In this document: in pieces, positions 41,307 through 56,229 of the stretch
How the letters are laid out: each line of letters starts with the position of its first letter
Numbering within the stretch: the stretch's first letter is position 1
DNA from: the human T2T-CHM13v2.0 reference genome, Homo sapiens
Reading direction: 5' to 3' (one strand)
NCBI RefSeq assembly: GCF_009914755.1
Contig: NC_060932.1
Length of the DNA stretch: 64,000 nt
Notes under the pieces: generated by a model
Seen by the model: the letters and a program-made list of their open reading frames with translations, nothing else
What the model was told of the DNA's origin: nothing
The model's database searches: none
Program-made: the position numbers and the translations under genes

Positions 41307-42703
41307 CACATACCCAACAACAAGCAAATAAACAAAAAACAAACCCAAGGCATTCACATCCTTTTTTAGTATGACATCCTTAAGGTCACCATGTCAAGGG
41401 ACTGGAGGAAATTAAAAGGAAGCTTCTCAGAGGACACTGCTTACAAGGACTCCTTTACTTATAGCTTGTTAATTTTCACAGTACAGTGGCCCTGGGTCAT
41501 GAATTAAAGAAACAGATGAAAAAAAATATTGTGCTTTAAACTGTACTGGAGGCCCCTTGCATACTCCTGTGCCTTTTGATGAGAAACATTAAACATTTTT
41601 AATTTAGCACGTCAATTTGAAAATCTAATTTTTTTTTAATGCTTTGTAGCAGCAGACGCGTTCACGGTGCTGTCACTACCATAGAAGAATTATGAGAAAC
41701 TTGAACCGCAAAAAGTAAATTAGAAAAATCTCATTTCAGTTACTCTAAAAAGAGGGGAAATTAGATTTTGATTAAAATCACTCACACATACAATTTTAGG
41801 TAAACTAATTTAGCAAGACTGACTATATAATTTTTTTTCCTGCCAGTATGTCCTTTTAATACTGGCTGTGAGGTATTTGTACCCATAACCTTTCTTCCAA
41901 CAAGTGGATGAAAAAAAGAAACTCTAATAAAGTGGCCTCTTGACCACTGTGTGCAAGGCCTGGTAGGGAGAGATTAAAGTAGTGTATTTGTCAATATAAC
42001 AGGCAGAAGCTGAGAATGAATTAAGACTCCTTGTACAAGTCTTTTTTAGCTGGTTCTTAGCTTTGCCTTTTCAACTATTTTTTTTTTAAGGTTTCAACTT
42101 GGAAATTTTTACTTTAAGGAATGATGTGTCAGCTAATGTAGGGGATTAATTGCATCATTAGTGCTGCATAATGTACAGTCCATGGCCAGAGGCCCCAGTC
42201 TGGGTGACACAAATGCTGCCACCTCCAAGGTGGGACGGGAGCACAGCAACTGACAGTTCTCATTAGTTAAAGGTAGACCCACATCCTCTACAAGGGTGTT
42301 GCCAGTTGCAGTGAAACGATGCATAAAGATGTGTTTTGTAAACCATAAAGTGTTACCCAAGACTGTAGTGTCAGTATTATTCTTCTGTCTGAGTTCAAAT
42401 TACTGCCTTCCGGGGTCTGAGCTTGGTCCTCTGAAATCCCAGCATGGAATCTAGGTTTTAGTTATTAAGCATCTTGTACCAAACCTCATTTTGAAAATAG
42501 CATTGTTAATGAATTCAAAACTTTTAAATTAAGGCTGAAGGGCAAATAGTTAACTCTCTGAAAGAACAGGAATGGCTGGTGTATAGAAGATTGTGCCCAT
42601 AACTGATCTCCCTCCCTACTGAGCAGAATACTTGGAGAAACAGGTTTCCTTGAACTTGCCAGTGAGGTGTGATGAGACGTGCATGATGTAATATATATGG
42701 GAG

Positions 42704-43075
42704 TGATATGGTCAGTCTCTGTGTCCCCACCCAAATCTCATCTTGAATTGTAATCCCCATAACCCCCACGTGTTGAGGGTGGAACAGGTGGAGATAATTG
42801 AATCATGGGGGTGGGTCCCGCCATGCTGTTCTCATGATAGTGAGTTCTTTTTATATGGTTTTATAAGGGGATTCCCCTTTGCTCGGCACTCATTCCATCC
42901 TGCCACCCTATGAAAATGGTGTCTGCTTCTCCTTTGCCTTCTGCCATGACTATAAGTTTCCTGAGGCCTCCCCAGTAATGCAGATCTACGAGTCAATTAA
43001 ACCTCTTTCCTTCATATTAATAAATTACTCAGTCTTGGGTATTTCTTCATAGCAGTTTGAGAACAGATTAATACA
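42704..43075 (+). mobile_element. THE1 (C/D-like) solo LTR
   Basis: tgatatgg..tgtgtccccacccaaatctcatcttgaattgta..gagtcaattaaacctctttcc..taataca. Confidence 0.9.
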
Positions 43076-43136
43076 AGGTGCCTTTGAAAAACATAACATA
43101 TAATGTATAGGTAAGATACTATTTAAAAAGAAATAA

Positions 43137-43460
<324 letters not shown>

Positions 43461-44163
43461 TCAGTACGATGTCTGTAAGTAGCAGAAAGACAAGGAGGGT
43501 TGAAAGAGAGCTGTTATTTACTAATCATTGTCACCTGGATGTCCACTCTTCTCCAATCCTGGCATGACACAGAAAGATAGATAAGATCGAATCTGGAAAT
43601 AGAACAGGGGAAGAAAAGAAAGTAGAAAATAATTAGAAATGAAAGAGTAAATTAGGCTAGAGAAGTTAGAAATTGAGAAAATAGAAGAAGAGAAAGATAC
43701 AGGAAAGAGAGAAAGGAAAAAAAAAAGCAAGAATCAGAAAAACAGAGGGGAAAGGAAGAAGGTGGGAGGGATGATCTTGACTTTTCTTCATGAGCCTAGT
43801 CCATTTTGACAACATTTTGGTCAAATAAGCCTCATATATCACTTTCAGTCTTGGAAATAACAGAAACCTTCTTAAAGCCTTCTTTAAAACTTCCATAATA
43901 GAAAAGTACCAGGACATTTTTTTCACTGGGCATCAGTCTCTGCAGTTGTCTCTCTCAGCTTTGAGTCCGTGGCCCATCCCTATAAGCACTCCCTTGCAAG
44001 CACCATAACTTGTCTCTCTTTTCCAAAGCCCTGCTAGAACCCAACTATTCACCTTCTGCTTGTTCATCACAGAGTAACTAAATATTTTTGGATAGAAACC
44101 ATACAACAGAACAGTGAATGCTTTTTAAATTAATGATTGCCAAGATTCAGAATAACAGGTGAC

Positions 44164-44449
44164 TGTTTATTATTTTATTTTCTAGAGACAGACTCTTGCC
44201 TTGTCACCCAGGCTGGAGTGCAGTGGTGGGATCACATCTCACTGCAGCTTCAGCCTCCCAGGCTCAAGCAATCCTCCTGAATAGCTGGGACCATAGGTAC
44301 ATTCTACTACACCTGGCTAATTTTTATTTTGTAGAGATGGAATCTCCCTATGTTGCCCAGGCTGGTCTTGAACTCTTGATCTTAAGAGAGCCTCCCACCT
44401 TAGCCTCCCAAAGTGCTGGAATTACAGGCGTGAGCCACCACACCTGGCC
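44164..44449 (-). mobile_element. Alu (AluJ-like)
   Basis: TSD aacaggtgac at 44154-44163 / 44450-44459. Confidence 0.93.
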
Positions 44450-44990
44450 AACAGGTGACATTTCATGGCATTTCTGTCTTCCTATTCCATGAAGTGACTA
44501 CTGGCATACCTCTCAGAACATCTTCCTGTTTGATGCCATTTGGTTTTTAATAACCAAACTTGATGAGGCGTAAATATTTCTCACTGGGACATTTTTGAGG
44601 TGGATGTTTATGCAGAGAATATTTATATTTACATGCCCTAAACTCAATAAAACACTTTAAACAAAATAAAATTCAGGAAATTACTCAAAATGATTTCCCA
44701 ATACAATAAGTAGCCTAAGCACCATATGTAGATGTTTTAAAGGGCATGCTGTGTGTTAACAGATGTGCATCTGACTTACTGAGAGAAGTGATGTTACTGC
44801 ATACACAGCAATTATTTCTTAACAAGTATATTAACTTTGAGATAATAAAGATATGTTATAAGCATTATATGTCTTAACATAATAATTATATATGTATAAT
44901 ATATAATTGGTAAGAATTTTTCTTTCTTGTGAATGTTGGCATGCTGATTCTAAAATGGATATAGAAATGTAAAAGGCCAAGAATAGCTAA

Positions 44991-45293
<303 letters not shown>

Positions 45294-45634
45294 TGATGAT
45301 TTTAAAGATGAATAATACTGGAGAGTTTTCAGATAATGTGCTATTGACACAAGGACACACACAGAGGTAAATGGTACAGAAGAGAGGGTTCAGAATCACA
45401 TGGAATTCATACTTGATTTAAAAATCCATGGCACTGAAGAGAAGTGGTGAGAGGATGTATTTTAAATCCATGATACTGAGTTAATTTGGTATCCCTATAT
45501 AAAAAAATAAAAATTTGAACCCCTACCTTACACAAAATACACAAAATTATTTCCAATGGGTTGTAGCTCTACATATGTATGACAAGTAAAACGATAGCCT
45601 CTAGAACATGGCATAGGAAAACGTCTGCATAGAC

Positions 45635-46435
45635 ATTTTTCAAGTTACTTATTAATTCTAATTGTAGATTCTTTGGGAATGCCTGTGTGCAGTAATCACG
45701 TGGTTTCTGAATAATGGCAGTTTACTTTTTTCTTTCAAATTATCATGCTTTTTATTTCTTCTTTTTGCTTTATTGTCCTGACTAAGATAGTCAGTACACT
45801 GTTGAATGGAAGGGATGTTAGCTGACAACCTTATCTTATTTAAGATCCAAAAGTGAAAGCTTTTGATATTTAGTATTAACTTGATGTTTGCTATAGGTTT
45901 TTTTGTAGCTGTTATTCATCAGACTAAGGAAGAAGTTCTCTTCCTTTTCTAGTTTACTAAGAGTTAAAAAGTATCACAAATGGGTATTGAATTTTATCAA
46001 ATGCACTTCCTATGTCTATTGAAATAATAGAAATTTTCTCCTTAATGTGTTTAATTACATTAATTGATTTTCAAATGTGTTAACCAATTTTACATTTCTG
46101 GAATCAAGCCCACTTAGTATTGATGAATTATTTTATATGTCCCATAATTGTTTGCTAAATTTTTAAGTGAATTTTGATATAAGGAAGGTTGGCTTCTAAT
46201 TTTCTTTATCAAGTTTTAGTATTAATGCCATGCTGGTATGCTGGTCATACAAAATTGGCTGGAAAACATTTCTCTTTAAAACAAATTCCTGCATACATTT
46301 GTGTAAAATTGGTGTGCTTTTTTTCCCCCTTAAATGTTTGGAAATCATCTAGGGTTTTCTATTTTTAAATTTTTTTTAGAGGAGGCCTTGGAAAATTCCT
46401 TTAATTTCAAAGGATTTAAAGGATTCAATTCCTTT
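45635..46435 (-). mobile_element. Ancient L1M ORF2 fragment (resumes ~53050-53320)
   Basis: cagtacactgttgaatggaagg..ttgatgtttgctataggtttttt..ttccttttctagtttactaagag. Confidence 0.75.
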
Positions 46436-46450
46436 AATAGGTCTGTCTTT

Positions 46451-49400
46451 TTTCTGGTTTTTAAATATTAAATTTTTTTTAATTTTTTCATGTGTTATTA
46501 GGGTACAGGTGGTGTTTGGTTACATGAATAAGTTCTTTACTGGTGATTGTGAGATTTTGGTGCACCTGTCACCTGAACAGTATACACTGCACCCTATTTG
46601 TAGGCTTTTATCCCTTGCCCCCTCCCACCCTTCCTCCCAAGTCCCCAAAGTCCATTGTATCATTCTTATGCATTTGTGTCCTCATAGCTTAGCTCACACA
46701 TGTAAGTGATAATATATGATGTGTGATTTTCCATTTCCGAGTTACTTCACTTAGAATAATAGCCTCCAATCTCATCCAGGTCATGAATTTATTCCTTTTT
46801 GTGACTGAGTAATATTCCATCACATATATATATATAATATCTCACAGTTTCTTTATCTATTCATTGATTGATGGGCCTTTGGGCTGCTTCCACAGTTTTG
46901 CAATTGCGAATTTTGCTGCTATAAATAAATGCATGTGCAAGTAACTTTTTCGTATAATGCCTTATTTTCCTCTGGGTACATAGTAGTAGGATTGCTGAAT
47001 CAAATGGTAGTTCTACTTTTAGTTCTTTAAGGAATCTCCACACTGTTTTCCATAGTGGTTGTACTAGTTTACATTCCCACCAGCAGTGTATTTGTGTTCC
47101 CTGATCACTGCATCTATGCCAACATCTACTGTTTTTTGATTTTTTGATTATGGTCATTCTTACAGGAGTAAGGTGGTATTGAATTGTGGTTTTGATTTGC
47201 ATTTTCCTGATCATTAGTGATGTTGAGCATTTTTTCATATGTTAATTGGCCATTGGTATATCTTCTTTTGAGAATTGTCTATTCATGTCCTTAGCCCCTT
47301 TTCAATGGGATTGTTTTTTTCTTGCTGATTTTAGTTAATTGTAGATTCTGAATATTAGTACTTTGTCAGATGTATAGATTATGAAGATTTTCTCCTACTC
47401 TGTGGGTTGTCTGTTTACTCTGTTGACTGTTCCTTTTGCCATGCAAATGCTTTTTAGTTTAATTAAGTTCCAGTTATTTATCTTTGTTATTATTGCATTT
47501 GCTTTTGAGTTCTTGGTCATGAAATCCTTACCTAAGCCAATGTCTAGAAGGATTTTTCCAGTGTTGTCTTCTAGAATCATTATGGCTTCAGATCTTAGGT
47601 TTAAGTCCTTGATCCATCTTGAGTTGCTTTTTGTATAATGTGAGAGATGAGGATCCAGTTTCTTTCTTCTCCATGTGGCTAGCTAATTCTCCCAGCACCG
47701 TTTGTTGAAAAGGGTGTCCTTTTCCCATTTTAAGTTTTTGTTTTCTTTGTCAAATATCAGTTGGCTGTATTTTGGTTTATTTCTGGTGCTCTATTCTGTT
47801 CCATTAACCTATGTGCCTATTTTTATACCAGTGCCATGCTGTTTTGGTGACTATGACCTTATAGTATAGTTTGAAATCAGGTAGTGTGATGCCTCCAGAT
47901 TTGTTTTTTTTGCTTAGTCTTGATTTGGCTATGTGGGTACTTTTTTTGATTCCATATGAATTTTAGAATTGTTTTTTCTAATTCTGTGTTGTATGATGGT
48001 GGTATTTTGATGGTAATTGCATGGAATTTGTAGATTGCTTTTCGTAGTATGGTAATTTTTCATAATATTGATTCTTCCCATCCATGGAACATGGGATGTG
48101 TTTCCATTTGTTTGTGTCATCTATGATTTCTTTCAGCAGTGTTTTGTAGTTTTCCTTGTAGAGGTATTTTGACTCCTTGGTTAGGTACATTCCTAAGTAT
48201 TTTTTTTTTCTTTTTTGCAGCTATTGTAAAAGGGGTGGTGTTCTTGATTTGTTTTTCAGCTTGCTTGCTGTTGTTGTATAGAAGATCTACTGATTTGTGT
48301 ACATTAATTTTGTATCTAAAAACTTTGCTGAATTCTTTTATAAGTTCTAGGAGCTTTCTGGAGGAGGCCTTAGGGTTTTCAAGGTAAACAAACATATCAT
48401 CAGCAAACAGTGATAGTTTGACTTACTCTTTACTGATTTGAATGTCCTTTATTTCTTTCTCTTGCCTGATTGCTCTGTCTAGGACTTCCAGTACTATGTT
48501 GAAGAGGAGTGGTGAGAGTGGGCATGCTTGTCTTGTTCCAGTTCTCAGAGGGAATTCTTTCAACTTTTCCCCATTCAGCATTATGTTGGATGTAGGTTTG
48601 TCATATATGGCTTTTAATACCTTGAGGTATGTCCCTTCTATGTTGATTTTTCTGAGAGTTTTAATCACAAAGGGATGCTGGATTTTGTTGAATGCTTTAT
48701 CTGCATTTATTGAGATGATCATGTGATTTTTGTTTTTAATTCTGTTTATGTGGTGTATCACATTTACTGACTTGCATATATTAAATCATCCCTGCATCTC
48801 TGGTATGAAACCCACTTGATCTTGGTGGATTACCTTTTTGATATGTTGTTGAATTTGATTAGCTAGTATTTTGTTAAAGATTTTAGCATCTATGTTCATC
48901 AAGGATATTGGTCTGTAGTTTTCTTTTCTTTTTTGGTTATGTACTTTCCTGGTTTTGGTATTAGGGTGATGCTGGCTTCATAGAATGATTTTATTCTCTA
49001 TCTTGTAGAATAGTGTCAAAAGGATTGGTACCAATTCCTTCTTTGAATGTCTGGTAGAATTCTGGTTTGAATCCATCTGGTTCTGGACTTTTTTATTTTT
49101 GGTAATTTTTAAATTACGATTTCTTTCTCGCTGCTTGTTATTGGTCTGTTCAGGGTATCTAATTCTCCCTGATTTAAGCTAGGACGGTTGTATCTTTCCA
49201 GGAATTTTCCATCTATTCTAGGTTTTCTAGTTTATGTGCATAAAGGTGCTCATAGCAGCCTTCAATGATCTTTTGTGTTTTTGTGGTGTCAGTTGTAATA
49301 TCTCCCGTTTCATTTCTTATTGAATTTATTTGGATTTTCTCTCTTCTTTTCTAGGTTAATCTTGTGAATGGTCCATCAATTATATTTATCATTTCAAAGA

Positions 49401-51357
49401 ACGAGCTTTTCATTTCATTTATCTTTTGTATTTTTTTGTTTTAATTTCATTTAGTTCTGCTCTGATCTTGGTTATTTCCATTCTTCTGCTGGGTTTGGGT
49501 TTTGTTTGTTCTTGTTTCTCTAGTTCCTTGAGGTGTGAGCTCAGATAGTCAGTTTGTGCTCTTTCAGACTTTTTGATATAGGTGTTTAGGGCTATGAACT
49601 TTCCTCTTAGCAGTGCCTTTGCTATCTCACAGATGTTTTGATAGGTTGTATCATTACTGTCGTCCAGTTTGAAGAATTTTTAAATTTCCATCTTGATTTC
49701 ATTTTTGACCCAATGCTAATTTAGGAGCAGGTTATTTGTTTCCCATGTGTTTGCATGGTTTTGAAGGTTCCTTTTGGAGTTGATTTCCAGTTTTATTTCA
49801 CTGTGGTCTGAGATATTTTTTGATATGATTTCAATTTTCTTTAATTTATTGAGGCTCATTTTATGGCCTCTCATATGGTCTATCTTGGAGAAAGTTCCAT
49901 GTGCTTTTGAATAGAATGTGTATTCTGTGGTTGTTGGATGGAATGTTCTTTATATATCTTAAGTCCATTTTTTTCCAAGGTATAGTTTAAATCCATTGTT
50001 TCTTTGTTGACTATCTGGCTTCATGACCTGTGTAGTGCTGTCAATAAAGTATTAAAGTCTTCCACTATTTTTATGATGCTATCTCATTTCTTAAGTCTAT
50101 TAGTAATTATTTTATAAATTTGGGAGCTCCAATGTTATATATGTTTAGGATTGTGATATTTTCCTGTTGGAGGAAGCCTTTTACTATTATATAATGTCCC
50201 TCATTGTCTTTCTAAACTGTTGTTACTTTAAAGTTTCTTTTGTCTGATATAAGAATAGCTGCTCTTGCTTGTTTTTGGTGTCCATTTGAATGAAATACCT
50301 TTTTCCACCCCTTTAAGTTTATGTGAGTCATTATGTGTTAGGTGAGTCTCTTGAAGGCAGCACATAGTTGTTTGGTGAATTCCTATCCATTCTGCAGTTC
50401 TGTATCTGTTAAGTGGTGCATTTAGGCCATTTTCATTCAATGTTAGTATTGAGATGTGAGGTACCATTCCATTCATCATACTATTTTTGCCTGTGTAGTT
50501 TGCTTTTTTGTTTTTGTTTTTTAAGTTGTATTTTTGGTTTTAAGTCCTGTGAGATTTATGCTTTAAAGATGTTGTGTTTTGATGTGTTTCCAGGATTTGT
50601 TTCAAGATTTAGAGCTCCTTTTAGTAGTTCTTGTAGTGGTGGCTTGATAGTGGCAGATTCAGCATTTGTTTGTCTGAAAACAACTGTGTCTTTCCTTCAT
50701 ATACAATGTTTAGTTTTGCTGGATACAAAATTCATGGCTGATAATTGTTTTGTTTGAGGAGGGTGAAGATAGGGTCCCAATCCCTTCTAGCTTGTAGGGT
50801 TTCTGCTGATAAATCTGCTGTTAATCTGATAGGTGTTCCTTTATAGGTTACCTGGTGCTTTTGCCTCACAGCTCTTAAGATTCTTTCTTTCACCTTAACT
50901 TCAGTTAACCTAATGATAATGTGCCTAGGTGATGATCTTTTTGTGATGAATTTCCCAGGTGTTCTTTGTGCTTCTTGTAGTTGGATGTCTAGGTCTCTAA
51001 TAAGGTTGGGGAAGTTTTCCTTGATTATTTCCCCAAATATGTTTTCCAAAATTTTACATTTCTCTTCTTCCTCAGGAACGCTGATTATTCTTAGGTTTGG
51101 TCATTTAACATAATCCCAGATGTCTTGGAGCTTTTGTTTATATTTTCTTATTCTTTTTTTCTATGTCTTTTTTGGATTGGGTTAATTTGAAGACTTTGTC
51201 TTTGAACTCTGAATTTCTTTCTTCAACTTGTTCAATTCTATTGCTGAGACTTTCCAGAGCATTTTGCATTTCTATAAGTGTTTCCAATGTTTTCTGAAGT
51301 TTTGATTGTTTTTTCTTTAAGCTATCTATTTCCTTGAATATGTATCCCTTCACTTCT

Positions 51358-51423
<66 letters not shown>

Positions 51424-53033
51424 GATTTCCTTGCATTAGGCTTCACCTTCTTCTGGTGCCTCCCTGATTAGCTTAATAACTAACATCCTGAATTCTTTTT
51501 CAGGTAAATCAGGGATTTCTTCTTGGTTTGGATCCATTGCTGGTGAGCTAGTATGATTTTTTTGGGGTGTTAGAGAGCCTTGTTTTTTCATATTACCAGG
51601 TTGGTTTTCTGGTTCCTTCTCATTTGGGTAGGCTCTGTCAGAGGGAAGGTCTAGTTCTGAAGGCTGTTGTTCAACTTCTTTTGTCCCAAGGAGTGTTCCC
51701 TTGATGTAGTACTCTCCCCTTTTTCTTATGTATGTGGCTTCCTGAGACATGAGGTGTAGTGATGGTTATCTCTCTTCTGGATCTAGCCACCCAACAAGTC
51801 TACCTGGCTCCAGGCTGGTACTGGGGGTTGTCTGCACAGTCCTATGATGTGAACTGTCTATGGGTCTTTCAGCCGTGGATACCAGCACCTGTTCCAGTGG
51901 AGTTGGCAGAGGAGTGAAATGGTCTCTTTGAGGGTTCTTAGCTTTGGTGGTTTAATGCTCTGTTTTGGTGCTGGTTTGCCTCCTGCTGGAAGGTGGCACT
52001 TTCCAGAGAGCATCAGCTGTGGTAATGTGGGGAGGAACAGATGCTAGGCGGGGCCCTAGAACTCCCAAGAGTATATGTTATTTGTGTTCAGTTACCAGGG
52101 TAGGTAGGGTAGGACCATCAGGTGGGGGCAGGGCTAGGTGTGTCTGAGCTCAGACTCTCCTCAGGTGGGTCTGGCTGCAGCTGCTGTGGGGGACGGGGGT
52201 AAGATTTCTAGGTCAATCGAGTTGTGTACCTAGGAGGATTATGGCTGCCTCTGTGGAGTCATGCAGGTTCTCAGGGAAGTCGGGGAAGGCTGGCAGTCAC
52301 CGGCTTCACTCAGCTCCTACACAATCCAAAGCGTCTTTTTGACTCCCACCATGACCGCCTAACAGCACTAAGTCTGTTTCCAGGCAGTGGGGATCCAGGG
52401 CTGAGAACTTGCCCCAGGCTACCTGCCTGTCAGCTGTGAAAGCAAGTAGGGCTTTTGTGCTTCCCCTGCCTGTGGAGTCTGCACACCACATTCATTACTT
52501 CCCCTGAGTTCTGGCCAGGAGGCTTCTTGACCAGTTCAAGCTGGAGATTTCCTTCTCCCTGTGGCACTTTCCCCGTTCTTCTGGTCACCATCCTGAAGAA
52601 TCCCTGTGATGCCAGGCAAGAATGGCCTTCTTGGGGACCCAATGAGGTCACAGGGCCTTTCTTGCTGCTTCCCCTACCCCTGTATTTCACTTGGCTCTCT
52701 AAATAGACTCACCTCCAGGTAAGGTTGGAATCTTCTTTAGTAAGTTAGACCTTCAGTTTCCCAAGGGGGATATGTGCTCGAGGGTAGACAATCTCCCTTT
52801 CCCACTTCCACAGTTTGGGCACTCACAGTATTGGTGGTGTCTCCTGGGTCCTGCAGGAGCAATCTGCTTCCTTCAGAGGGTCTGTGGGTCCTCTTGGGAT
52901 TCCTGGTTGGTTCTTGCAGTTGTTCTGGAGTTAAAATTCACAATGCGAACCTCTGCATGCTGCTCTGTCCATTTGAGTCAGAGCTGCAATTTAGTTCTGC
53001 CTCCCATCCGCCATGATGCCCTGACCTTGACTC
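46451..53033 (-). mobile_element. Apparently full-length L1PB (L1PBa-type 5'UTR), ORFs decayed
   Basis: 5' end catcatggcggatgggaggcag (~53017). ORF1 remnants (ENFPNLIRDLDIQLQEAQRTP), endonuclease remnants (HISILTLNENGLNAP..CCLQETHL) and RT remnants ([18 protein letters not shown]) precede an L1PB 3'UTR. 15-bp TSD aatag(g/c)tctgtcttt at 46436-46450 / 53034-53048. Confidence 0.95.
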
Positions 53034-53669
53034 AATAGCTCTGTCTTTACAATAAATAAATAATAATGATTTTTTAAATATTTGTTGTCAGTTTTGATGA
53101 GTTACATTTTTCTAGGAATATGTCAATTTTTAATCCAATTGGTAAAGTTATTTAATGTATACCGTTATGATTAATTTATGTTTATAGGATCTGTAGTATC
53201 GGCCCTTTTCTCATTTTGTATTACCCTCTCACTGTTTTCCTTGATCTGTCTTTGCAGGAATATAACAATTTTGTTAGTCTTTTCAAGACAGCAACATTTG
53301 GCTATGCTGATCCAATTTTGCAGGACTACTCAAAGTGTTGTCTATAGATAGATGATGGGCTGTGAAGTGTTTCATACTGGTCTGAGATATAATGAGCATT
53401 AAAAATGAAGAATGAATGTTCAGAAACTTTTATAGTAATTTGACATTGCCATGACATTCAATCACATCATTAGTCCTAAAAGTGCTTTTATTTTATAAAA
53501 TTATTTATGAAAAAAATTTTATATATTTTGAAATCATAGAAACATACACACAAACACATATAACACATTTATGTAGGTATACATGCATTTATAATGTACA
53601 TGTATATGCATAATTTTAATGTAAAAGTAAAATCTAATGAAAAATAAAGCTGATGCTAGGTGGAGATCA

Positions 53670-54961
53670 ATAATGTTAGGGAATTGGAGATATTAAAAGA
53701 ACATAAAAAAATAAATTTGAACTCTTAAAAGATAACATGAGAAAATATAGATGACCTTGAGTTTGACAATAACTTTTTAGATATAGCACAAAAGGCACTT
53801 ATTTCTAAGAAATAAATAATTAATAAACTAGACTCATTAAAATAAAAATTTCTGCTCTGTGAAAGACACTGTCAAAATAATGAGAAGACATTCTACAGAT
53901 GGAGAGAATACTGGCAAAAGACATATCTTATAAAGGACTGTTATCCAAAATATACAAAGATCTCTCAAAACTCAATAATAAAAAAATGAAAAACCTGATT
54001 AAAAAATGGGCCAAAGATCTGGACAACTCACCCAAAAGATACACAGGTGGCAAATAAGCATATGAAAAGATGCTTAACATTATATTTCATTAGGGAATTG
54101 CAAATTCAAACAAGAAGATACCATTACATACCTACTAAAATGCAGAAAATCCAAAACTATGACAACATTAATTGTTGGTGAGGATATGGAGCAACATAAA
54201 CTCTCATTCATTGCTGGTGGGAAAGCAAAATGGTGAAGCCACTTTGGAAGACAGTTGGATAGTTTCTCAAGAAACTAAACATACTCTTACCATATGACCC
54301 AGCAACTGCATTCCTTTTCGTTTACTCAAATGAATTGAAGGCTATGTCCACACAGAAACCTACACATGCATGTTTATAGCAGCTTTATTTGTAACTGCCA
54401 AAACTTGAAAGCAACCAAAATTTCCTTCAATAGGTGAATGGATAAATAAACTGTGGTACATCTAGACAATGGAATATTATTCAGTGTTCAAAACAAATGA
54501 GGTATCAACATGAAAAGATATGGAAGAACCTTAAGTACATAACACTAAGGGAAAGAAACCAATCAGAAGAGGCCATATACTGTATGATTTAAACTATAGA
54601 ATAGTCTGGAAAAGGCAAAACTGTGGAGACAATAAGAGGCAGCAGTGAATAAGTGAAGCACAGAGGACTTTTAGGTGAGTGAAACTACACTGCATGATAG
54701 ATGCTATGATGATGGGTGTGCTGTTATACATTAGTCAAAACCCATAGAATATACAACTCTAAGAATGAACCCTAATTAAACTGTGGACACAGGGGATAAT
54801 GATGTGTCAATGTAGGTTCATCAGTTATAAATGTACCACTCTGGTGTGGGGTGTTGATAATGGCTAGGGGATGCATATGTGGGGCAGTGTTATATGGGAA
54901 TTCTCTGTATCCTCCACTTGATTTTGCTGTGAACCTAAAATTTCTCTAAAAAAATCAAGTC
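53670..54961 (+). mobile_element. L1MC-type 3' fragment
   Basis: ORF2 3' remnants and L1MC 3'UTR (gtcaaaacccatagaa..ataatgatgtgtcaatgtaggttcatc..gaacctaaaa). Confidence 0.88.
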
Positions 54962-54964
54962 ATC

Positions 54965-55275
<311 letters not shown>

Positions 55276-56099
55276 CTATTAAAACATACCTACAATTTAC
55301 CAATAAACATTAATAAATAAACAAATTTGAGGCTACTAAAGGGGGTTAGAATGGATATGTAATTTAAAATTAAGGTTTTTTTTTGTTTTGTTTTGTTTTC
55401 TTTTTTTTTTGGTTTTCTTCATATTTGTGCTTGATCTGGTGGAAAGAGCACGAACTTCATATCAGGCACAATCATTGTATCCCAGCACTGTTATTTACAA
55501 ACTCTATGACCTTGGGCAAATCACTTAAGCTTTCTAATTCTCAGAAATCCCACCTATGAAACCTGCACTCTACATATCCCAATGACCTAATATGTGTCAT
55601 TATTGTGGTGCCTAGTTCATTTTAAGTCTCAGTAAACAGTGGCTAGTAGTAGTTTTAGATGTAATATTCATCTTTACAGTATTTATTGTAGGCAGTGTTC
55701 TTGATTCTGGTTGTAAACAAATGTACTGCTATGTGTTGCTGTGTATTGCCGTGTGTAACATAATATGTTATCCACAATGTGCCATTCGTGGATAACTTGT
55801 TTATAAATTACTGTATAGGTTAAAAAGTGTTTTAAACATCTTTTTGTTGATATTTACAACAAATCTGTGAATTAGGTATTGAAGTAGGGAGATATTATTA
55901 CTATCTTTTGTTACATAGATGAGAAAACTGAGTTTTCTTAGGCAAGTCCCTCACTTAAGATCATGTAGCTAATATGTTTTTATTCTAAAGAGAATAGGAA
56001 AAGAAAAATAATGCTCTAAATTTTTGAAAAAGTAACAGAAATAAAAAGATACAAGAATTAAAAAATAAAGTAAAAAAACCATAAAAACAAATAGCAGAA

Positions 56100-56229
56100 C
56101 CCATTTATGCTGGAGGTTGCACATTTTTGTGTGTGAAAAATCAGATCTTGGTGATGACCTTGGGCAGTAGGATATAAATAACTCCTACAAGCTTAGCGTT
56201 CCAATAATGGAACACTGGGCATAAATGGG
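56100..56229 (-). mobile_element. MER85 piggyBac (PGBD3-derived) MITE
   Basis: Terminal inverted repeats (TIRs) cccatttatgc / gcataaatggg, TTAA at 56230-56233, internal palindrome gttccaataatggaac (56198-56213). Confidence 0.92.

Noticed and set aside
41655-41675. REST/NRSE-like motif (minus strand gacagcaccgtgaacgc)
   Set aside because: Only the left half-site (cagcacc) matches; GGACAG is absent.
46861-51750. Endonuclease, RT and ORF1p-like ORFs as an active retroelement or novel RT system
   Set aside because: They are fragments of a decayed L1PB broken by many stops and frameshifts.
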